Positions 20,701 to 26,923 of a stretch of 64,000 nucleotides of DNA are shown here, in pieces. How positions within the stretch are numbered: the first letter of the stretch is position 1; each line of letters opens with the position of its first letter. The notes below the pieces were generated by a model, which did no database searches, was not told the origin of the DNA, and saw nothing but the letters and a program-made list of their open reading frames with translations. The translations under genes and the position numbers were made by a program. This DNA is from Flavobacteriales bacterium (GTDB taxonomy: Bacteria > Bacteroidota > Bacteroidia > Flavobacteriales_D > CALLUQ01). The DNA lies in assembly GCA_963669295.1 (NCBI GenBank), contig OY769938.1, positions 338,792 through 402,791 on the forward strand, in the 5' to 3' direction.

Positions 20701-21190
20701 CTACAATATCGATAGAAGTAAAGCTGGGTGGAACAGTAACACCATTGTCCCAATACCGCTGGAAAGGCGTATAAAAATTAGTACCTATGCCTTTTGCTCC
20801 TTTTAAGGAGAAGATCTCTTTATTGTTAGGAGCCTTTAGTTCATAAAATGCTGTTATGAGTGATGTGGAAGTAATTTTTAATCCGTTGTTTGCTACCACA
20901 TCTGCCGCTGGACTCTCAATAGCCGCCAAATATGGGGTAAGGTTAATGCTATCTACATCGTTGGCCGGAATGTTAAGGGTAATGGGAACAAAGCCGCCAT
21001 TAGCAGGCTGTGTAACGGTTACCGTTGCGGGATCGGCATAGGTTAAAAAACGCAAATAAATAGGATTATCGCCAACGGATGCTGATACTTCGGGCGGTGC
21101 AAACCAAAAGATAGAGTCTTGCTGAGCCACCACAAAATTCATCTGTAGCAACAACAGCAAAAAAGTCATGCACTGCAATGCACGGCACAT
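17768..21190 (-). CDS. Large cell-surface adhesin-like protein with T9SS type-B C-terminal domain (paralog of 13040-16780)
   Basis: The start is uncertain: the track uses a GTG at 21226, while the ATG at 21190 gives MCRALQCMTFLLLLLQMNFVVAQQ. The N-terminal domain is alignable with the other adhesin (DSIFWFAPPEV vs DTTFWFAAPWV; DKPVYLWHAGGYGC vs DKPVYLLHMSGYGC). Four Cys-bracketed modules and three PKD domains follow. The CTD reads ISPNGDGKNDVWKLEF. Confidence 0.85.
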   Translation of the reverse strand: MCRALQCMTFLLLLLQMNFVVAQQDSIFWFAPPEVSASVGDNPIYLRFLTYADPATVTVTQPANGGFVPITLNIPANDVDSINLTPYLAAIESPAADVVANNGLKITSTSLITAFYELKAPNNKEIFSLKGAKGIGTNFYTPFQRYWDNGVTVPPSFTSIDIVATEDGTTVLITPRTDVVGHVGTVTYSITLNEGETYSARDINTTASTSLAGSIVASDKPVAVTTFSGALVSGGCTSSMGDQITTADYAGTDFIVHKGHAADERIYILATQNGTNITVDNSTTTTTLINWSETYEYVLTDTINYIHTDKPVYLWHAGGYGCNLAGAQVPPLYCAGKYSTSFTRSTSDSLGLLLYTRTGFEGMFAINGNGSLVPAAAFNVVPGTGGAFQVALIYYNTTDVPINSYNEVTNTGDVFGMAVLNGMNGNGSSYAYLSEFNSYPFVDAGLDDTICANIPLALNGLVGGGSVTGIWSTTGFGTFQNGNTALTNNYIPSPLDTVISPIDIYLTSTGPCPVLRDTITVVVDPAPIVNASADQTVCANNAAVQLEGTVGGGTTTGQWSTLGSGTFTPSEDTLDAIYIPSPADTIAGVVTLVLTSTNNGSCLAVTDTMNITITTAPTVDAGVDTVYVCSNNPDVSLVGSVNGPTTTGKWTTSGGGLFSPNNLVLITTYQPSPGDIANGSITLYLESTNNGSCAIATDSLIVVFTPSPIVDAGLDIIACSNVGTVDLSGAVSGPTTTGQWSGGAGTFFPSAADLNATYTPTAAEIANGNVVLTLTSTNNATCNSENDVVQINFVAPPFANFSFTEVCHGDVTDFTDFSLPGFGSITNWEWDYGDSNGSTNQNNTHTYGQPGSYDVTLITTTNVGCSDTTVNTVNVYEIPVAHFNYSASCNGTQIVVDFTDSSYTQNDAISSWFYDFGGQGSAASPNPSQLFIGDGNFIISQIVTTVNGCVDTTIQTINIPPRPQAGFYYNTSNGLNIGAEFSFTDTSYFSSSYQWDFGDGNTSTDQDPLHVYFANGTYIITQYVYGDLGCVDSTSQLITINTVTDEITQLIPNAISPNGDGKNDVWKLEFIRLLYPDAEILIFNRWGQELFYSKGYAEPWDGTYNGEKVPDGTYYYVINLNDESEPEPFQGSILVLTSGN
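18797..19864 (-). repeat. Four tandem ~88-90-aa Cys-bracketed modules within the second adhesin (residues ~455-810 of the GTG-start translation)
   Basis: Same module pattern as in 14042-15370. Boundaries are hand-counted and approximate. Confidence 0.7.
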
Positions 21191-21460
21191 TGACTTTCGG
21201 AACGTTATCAATCGATCAGTAGACACGGTTAGCTTGCGTGTTTTCTTTAAAACGGCGGAATGATTTTACCTTGCACATTCCCTCTCGTTCATCAAGAACG
21301 CGGTAAAGTTAATTATTTTACCGACCAATCCCATATTTTCACCGAGGAATGTAGCTAATACAGGGATGAATATTTTCCATTGGTGTAATTTACAGCTTGA
21401 TAGTTAGGGGGTTACACACGCTTAATAGACAAAGGGGGACTTGGGACGGACAATCAAAAG

Positions 21461-21494
21461 AAAACGCCATTGTTACGGTAACAATGGCGTTTTT
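21461..21494 (-). terminator. Rho-independent terminator downstream of the BNR-repeat gene
   Basis: Perfect 15-bp inverted repeat aaaacgccattgtta / taacaatggcgtttt with a 4-nt loop and flanking A/T runs. It lies 19 bp after the gene's stop on the minus strand. Confidence 0.6.
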
Positions 21495-21512
21495 CCCTGT
21501 TGTTAAACGAGA

Positions 21513-24500
21513 CTATTGCTTCACCACTCTTTCCGTCAATACCTCATCGGGGGTACTTACTCTTACAAAGTAAATACCGTTAGGATATGTTGAAATATCG
21601 ATATTGTTATTCTGGTTATAAGTTCCACGCATGGTTGAAACCAGTTTGCCGGTAATGTCTGTAATGTCGATGGTATATTGCTGATCGAGCATACCATCTT
21701 TAAGTACATGCACATTGAACCGACCATCGGTAGGGTTAGGTGTTACGCTGAGTACTGCTTCTCCAGCTTCTATTACAGGCTTTGCATTGCTTGCATTAGG
21801 AGTCAAACTTTTTACACACGGATAACCATCGCCTATTTTTCCACAGTTTACAATTCTTGCTATGAAACGCTTGCCAGAAGCACCTACATTTGAATCGAAC
21901 CCGGGAGTGAGCTTAATTTTGGTGTGTGCCACAAGTTCTGAACTTTCATTTCCATCCTTGCTCACTGCTCCATAAATCTCATCTTCCTTATAAAAGCCCT
22001 CAAAGTTTTGAGGCAGGTTAATGGTATTCTTGGAGCACTCCAATTGCACTTCCCACACACCACGACCAAAGGTGATGACTCTTAACTTGTTGGTTTGGCG
22101 ATTAATCACCATTTCTGTTACCATGGTAGTAGGTAAACCGGTACCATACTCCTGCCAACCGGTACCACCGGTTACCGGATCTTCCGAATCGCGATAATAC
22201 ACTCCTACGTCGGTAGCAGCGAATATATACCCCGAGTTGCGGTCGAATAACAAATCATTCACCGGAAAGTTAGGCAGCCCTTGCGACCAGTTGACCCAAT
22301 CTTGATTTGAACCCTGTGCCTGATCGTAGTCCACATAGAATACCTTTTTCTGGTTTTCAAACAATCCGCAAGAAAGCCATGCACGATTTTCATCCAACGG
22401 GTGAGTTACGATACTAGTGATGCTATGAAAGTCACCTAGTTCACTTCCCAGGTCGCCTGCAATATCTTCCCAATCGTTGATGTCATTACTTTGTCCATTG
22501 TTTCCTCTTCTAATTTTTAATTCAGACGCGTAGGTATAGGTAAAAGGAGTGCCGTCATCATATTCTCCTGTTACATTATGGTCTGGAAAAATGCCACTAA
22601 ACCACCAGGGAACATGGCTTAAGAAACACACATCAGGGTTCGTTTCACAAATGCTCATTGCTACTGGGATTTTTCCAAAATCAGCGCTGTATTCCTGCCA
22701 GCCTGAATTATAGACATCTAAATCATAATACCACAAACCTTCGAAATTTGATCCAGATGTTTTTCTACCACCCGTGATAAACATATTGGGGCTTCCCGGT
22801 AAAAAGCTTCGCTCCTGACTATAGCTATAGACTTTTAACTGATTCCCGTCCAGTGTTACTCTACTGTTGCATGACCAAACAAATTTATTCGGATCATCAG
22901 GTCTAATGCTTGAGCCTCCACCATCACAATAGTCAAAACTATTCCAGTCACCGTTAGCATCTCTTCTAGCAATAGCATTGTCGTGAAGACCAATTACCAA
23001 AATGTTTGGATCATCTTCATAACCATCAATGGAATAGCCTCGAGCAATTTGAAGCCCACACCCATTGATATCGGTCCATCTTCCTACTTCAGGGTTCAAC
23101 AAGTCATCCAACCCTTGTTGCGTGGAAAAAGAAACTCCTCCATCATTGGCAACAAGCATTACATCGGAGTCTCCATCCCAAAATTCTATTTCCATGACAT
23201 CGTCATGCATGTATTCTGTGTTTGTGGTATTATTAGATCGAATGGATCGAAATCTAGGATCTTGTGGATCTGGATCCCAACGATAAACGCTCACTTTTGA
23301 AATATAGATTCTCTCTTTATCATCTGGAGCAATGTTAATCAATGTTCTTCCTCCGGATGCTGTAAACGACACACTATTTGGCATGGTCGCAAACCAGGTG
23401 AAATCATTGTTAGCAATATGGTATTTTACAACCGCTGCATCATATCCCTGCCTACAAAGGAAATAAATGTAATCAGGGTCATCAGGGGTATACTCACAAG
23501 CATATTCGTGTTTTGGGTTAGTTGCTACCCAGTTATCCCAATCGTTATCACCAGTAAGGTCGTTAAACAACTCATTGTACAACGAAGTACCGGTATTGGT
23601 AGCAAGGTCAAAAGCGATGATTTCATCATCACCAGCAAGGTATAAGTCATAATCGGTACCATCCGGAATAAAATGCATCATCCGTAAGTCAACATCCACA
23701 CCAGTAGCCGACCATGTACCTAAATGTTCCCATTCCCATCCTGTTCCTGGGTCTTCGCCAACATACAGAATTGATTTAGCATAATCGTTGGGATGGGTAA
23801 GTGGTCGGAATGCTGTGAGGTTTTCTCGTACCAACATGTAAAGTTTTCCGTTAGTTGGGTGCAACTTTATGTGGGCAATTTCTCTTCCTTTCACTCCATT
23901 TAAAGGGTCTAATTCGAACCTAACATCCGCATCGTTGCCATTTGTAAGTACGGCATTGGCATCGTTTAAGTTGGTCCAGGTAGTACCTCCATCGTCAGTA
24001 TACAATACCCCGAGGCTCATATCTCTTGATTTTGATAACGCAATGGACATCGCTCCACCAGCAGAAGAGCTCATGTATATTTTATCTGCATCATTTGGAT
24101 CAATCAACACATGCCTTCCTCCATAAAATAGGGCACCTGTATACGTATCTGAAATGCATTCCCAATTATCACCACCATCAGTTGTTTTAAACAATCCTCC
24201 TGCTGAAGATGCCGCAAACAATGTTTTATTGGTGGTTCCATTATAGTCAGGGTGAAACTGAGCACTTGTAACCTGCCCTACACCTTTTGCTCCTGTACCT
24301 CCCAGTGGCGTTTCCCAAGGCCCCATGGGCTCCCATTGTGGACTTCCTGCCTTTAATAATCCCTGATTCTTTCTTTGGTCCATCCCGTATTTCACGCCTT
24401 GTTTTAATGGTTCTCCAAAACCACCGTTTTCATCGATACGGTTAGCCCAAAAGTCTCTCCATCTCAAGTACTTCTTGTAGGCTTTTCCCTCTTTTCGAGA

Positions 24501-24701
24501 ACCTCCATCAGCGTTCGTCTCCTCAAAAAACAATTCTGCTTCCCTAACAATATCGAAGTAGTTGGCATTAGGCTTTAACCTGCTGTCCAATTCTCGTAGC
24601 ATTTCTTTGTGATTCCCGGGAGGAGTATACTCCTCCTGTGCAATGGATTCGTGCACCATCATCATCACAAGCAAACACCATAGGTATTTTATCTTGTTCA
24701 T
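21513..24701 (-). CDS. BNR/Asp-box beta-propeller protein with T9SS type-A C-terminal sorting domain
   Basis: The ATG at 24701 gives signal peptide MNKIKYLWCLLVMMMVHESIAQ. Asp-box motifs TTDGGDNW and TDDGGTTW are present. The type-A CTD reads LSVTPNPTDGRFNV...GIYFVRV...VVKQ. Confidence 0.75.
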   Translation of the reverse strand: MNKIKYLWCLLVMMMVHESIAQEEYTPPGNHKEMLRELDSRLKPNANYFDIVREAELFFEETNADGGSRKEGKAYKKYLRWRDFWANRIDENGGFGEPLKQGVKYGMDQRKNQGLLKAGSPQWEPMGPWETPLGGTGAKGVGQVTSAQFHPDYNGTTNKTLFAASSAGGLFKTTDGGDNWECISDTYTGALFYGGRHVLIDPNDADKIYMSSSAGGAMSIALSKSRDMSLGVLYTDDGGTTWTNLNDANAVLTNGNDADVRFELDPLNGVKGREIAHIKLHPTNGKLYMLVRENLTAFRPLTHPNDYAKSILYVGEDPGTGWEWEHLGTWSATGVDVDLRMMHFIPDGTDYDLYLAGDDEIIAFDLATNTGTSLYNELFNDLTGDNDWDNWVATNPKHEYACEYTPDDPDYIYFLCRQGYDAAVVKYHIANNDFTWFATMPNSVSFTASGGRTLINIAPDDKERIYISKVSVYRWDPDPQDPRFRSIRSNNTTNTEYMHDDVMEIEFWDGDSDVMLVANDGGVSFSTQQGLDDLLNPEVGRWTDINGCGLQIARGYSIDGYEDDPNILVIGLHDNAIARRDANGDWNSFDYCDGGGSSIRPDDPNKFVWSCNSRVTLDGNQLKVYSYSQERSFLPGSPNMFITGGRKTSGSNFEGLWYYDLDVYNSGWQEYSADFGKIPVAMSICETNPDVCFLSHVPWWFSGIFPDHNVTGEYDDGTPFTYTYASELKIRRGNNGQSNDINDWEDIAGDLGSELGDFHSITSIVTHPLDENRAWLSCGLFENQKKVFYVDYDQAQGSNQDWVNWSQGLPNFPVNDLLFDRNSGYIFAATDVGVYYRDSEDPVTGGTGWQEYGTGLPTTMVTEMVINRQTNKLRVITFGRGVWEVQLECSKNTINLPQNFEGFYKEDEIYGAVSKDGNESSELVAHTKIKLTPGFDSNVGASGKRFIARIVNCGKIGDGYPCVKSLTPNASNAKPVIEAGEAVLSVTPNPTDGRFNVHVLKDGMLDQQYTIDITDITGKLVSTMRGTYNQNNNIDISTYPNGIYFVRVSTPDEVLTERVVKQ

Positions 24702-24720
24702 AGCTGTTGTTTTTTTGTGA

Positions 24721-25917
24721 TTACTGTTGGTTGATTTTCGCTTCCAATGCTTCATTTTTCTTCTCCAGGGCAATCATATGTAAAGTCAACTCTTCAATTT
24801 TCTGTAGTAAAATGGCATTCATTTCTCCTAAATTGATGCCTTCCTCTCCCACTTCTTGTGCTGATGGCACACCTGGCAAATGCTTATTGGCATGAATAAA
24901 TTGCTCTACCTCCGCAAGCGATTGCAATTGATAATCACTGGCAAATACATAATCCGGCCAGGCATCGCTGGTTGTTTCTACTTGTACTTCCTTCGCACCA
25001 ACTTTTCCATTTACAGCCAAAAGATAGTTTTCAGTGTTCGAATCAAGGTCAGTTCCAATTCCTACGCTCCCATCGCTGTTGATTCGCATTTTTTCATCGT
25101 CGTTGGCGTAAAATAAAATGTCTTCATTTTCTTTATTGTTAATGACTACCTGACTCGAAGTGTTTACACTAAAGTAAGCGCCATCGGTATCGGCACTGCC
25201 GGTAGTACTATTGGTTAAATGAAAATTAACTCCAGATGAAGTGCCTTCATGAATGTGCAACTGATGGCTAGGCGTAGCAGTACCAATGCCTACCAATCCA
25301 TCTTTATCTACAATAAAGTGGGTGCCTATTCCTCGATCAATTTGGAAGTACGATTCGGTAAGCCCTGCTCCTTGCTGGAAGGTTTGTGGCGTTGTGATGC
25401 GTAAACCGCTACTAGCAGAGAAATCATCTGCTATATCAAGATAAAGCATGGCATCAGGTACCCCAGTACCAATTGCACCAATGCCTACCATACCATCTTT
25501 CATGATGCGCATACGTTCCAGAGAGTTAGTAGAAAATACAATGTCTTCATTCTCTTTGTTGGTAATGCGTACTTCATCCAGGCCATTTAATCCTAAATAA
25601 GCACCATCGCTAGCTGAGTTACCAGTTGCAGCGCTTGTAAAATGAATGTTAGCCCCTCCTGTGGAAGCCTGATGCACATGTAATAATTGGTCGGGTAAGG
25701 CAATGCCAATACCTAGAAAACCACCTGTGCTCAACCGCATGCCTTCGGTGTTATTGCTCTTAAATACTAAAGGTTGTCCATTGGTAGTTCCAATAAAATC
25801 ACCTGCACTAACGGAGTTACCGCTCAAACTCCATTGAGCTGATGCATAATTGCTTATTACAAGGCCGGCTACAGTGCACAATCCAATAGCAAAAGCGTTG
25901 AATTTGTTCTTTTTCAT
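24721..25917 (-). CDS. Secreted tail-fibre-like repeat protein with C-terminal coiled-coil module
   Basis: The ATG at 25917 gives signal peptide MKKNKFNAFAIGLCTVAGLVISNYASAQ. There are two internal ~130-aa repeats (GIGIALPDQLLHVHQ...ERMRIMKDGMVGIG and GIGTATPSHQLHIHE...EKMRINSDGSVGIG). The C-terminus reads WPDYVF...LPGVPSAQEV...LLQKIEELTLHMIALEKKNEALEAKI. This resembles the tail-fibre-domain proteins common in Bacteroidota (from memory). Confidence 0.6.
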   Translation of the reverse strand: MKKNKFNAFAIGLCTVAGLVISNYASAQWSLSGNSVSAGDFIGTTNGQPLVFKSNNTEGMRLSTGGFLGIGIALPDQLLHVHQASTGGANIHFTSAATGNSASDGAYLGLNGLDEVRITNKENEDIVFSTNSLERMRIMKDGMVGIGAIGTGVPDAMLYLDIADDFSASSGLRITTPQTFQQGAGLTESYFQIDRGIGTHFIVDKDGLVGIGTATPSHQLHIHEGTSSGVNFHLTNSTTGSADTDGAYFSVNTSSQVVINNKENEDILFYANDDEKMRINSDGSVGIGTDLDSNTENYLLAVNGKVGAKEVQVETTSDAWPDYVFASDYQLQSLAEVEQFIHANKHLPGVPSAQEVGEEGINLGEMNAILLQKIEELTLHMIALEKKNEALEAKINQQ

Positions 25918-26140
25918 TGCAATAATGTTTTGAGTTAATATTAAATTGATTGCAATAAAATTAGGCGACCACACCATGATTTACACGGTAAATCAGTAAG
26001 CGTAAGCACTCAATAAATATTCGATAGGGATTTTAAAATAAGTGGTGAAGTAGATGATACAAATACTTTCTTAACCAGGGGTATTGAATAATCAAACAAA
26101 GGAACTTCCTATACCGCAAGTATGGATCACTAAAAAAGGG

Positions 26141-26884
26141 TTATATGTTGAGTTGCTCCAGAAAAGCTTCCTTTCTGCGCTTAGATACTTCTACGCTATG
26201 TTGATCGGACATAACTACCGTACCGCCACTTCCTTTGATATAGCGTTTTACGTGGCTGAGGTTGATAAGGTGAGATTTGTGCACCCGAAAGAAACCACAA
26301 TCAAACAATAAGCCTTCTATTTCCTTCAGGTTCTTTGAAACCATTAGCTTCTCGTTTTCTACCAGCTTAATTTTAGTATAGGCACCTTCCCCTTCACACC
26401 TGATAATGTGCTCTACCTTTACAAACATTAATCCATCTTGCGTAGGCAGTGCAATCTTTTTCATCGAATTTTCCATTTGGAGGTTGCTGAGAAATACCTC
26501 GAAGTTTTCCTTTTTGAGCTTCCGGTCTTTCTTTCGAATCATTTTTTCCACAGCCTCTTGAAGTTCGTTGATATCAATTGGCTTCAATAAATAATCGATA
26601 GCCGAAAATTTAATCGCAGTAAGTGCATAATTATCATGTGCTGTCGTAAAAATAACTTCAAAATCCATTTCATGAAGCTCTTTTAACACATCAAAACCAG
26701 TACCTCTTGGCATTTTTATGTCTAGAAAAACGAGATCCGGGTGATAGGCTCTAATTGTTTCAATGCCTGTATCTATAGCATCAGCCATGGCCACAATTTG
26801 TACTTCTTTGCAATACTCATCAACCATGTTCTTGAGGAAAATTCGCCCCTTTTCCTCATCATCTACAATAATTGCTCTAATCAT
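26141..26884 (-). CDS. LytTR-family two-component response regulator
   Basis: Receiver domain (MIRAIIVDDE, phospho-acceptor context VFLDIKMP) plus a C-terminal LytTR DNA-binding domain (FFRVHKSHLINL). Confidence 0.9.
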   Translation of the reverse strand: MIRAIIVDDEEKGRIFLKNMVDEYCKEVQIVAMADAIDTGIETIRAYHPDLVFLDIKMPRGTGFDVLKELHEMDFEVIFTTAHDNYALTAIKFSAIDYLLKPIDINELQEAVEKMIRKKDRKLKKENFEVFLSNLQMENSMKKIALPTQDGLMFVKVEHIIRCEGEGAYTKIKLVENEKLMVSKNLKEIEGLLFDCGFFRVHKSHLINLSHVKRYIKGSGGTVVMSDQHSVEVSKRRKEAFLEQLNI

Positions 26885-26923
26885 ACTTGCCCCAATTTTA
26901 GAAACTAAATGTAGTATTTCTTA

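Noticed and set aside
13965-21041. Many 60-200-aa plus-strand ORFs inside the adhesin and PorP genes (for example 15837-16262, 16328-16921, 17365-17838)
   Set aside because: All lie antisense to long ORFs that have clear domain architecture (PKD, type-B CTD, PorP/SprF motifs). Their sequences lack any motif. They are shadow ORFs.
24702-24773. N-terminal extensions proposed by the longest-ORF track (also 25918-25977, 55394-55498, 60631-60834, 60629-60730, 21191-21226)
   Set aside because: In each case an internal ATG is followed immediately by a canonical signal peptide or by the family's conserved N-terminus. The extension either overlaps the neighbouring gene or encodes an implausible basic or Cys-rich leader. 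The shorter starts were chosen.
21513-25917. Prophage remnant suggested by the tail-fibre-like protein
   Set aside because: No capsid, terminase, integrase, baseplate or lysis genes are nearby. The protein has a Sec signal peptide and sits between a T9SS cargo gene and a two-component system. A cellular surface protein is more likely.
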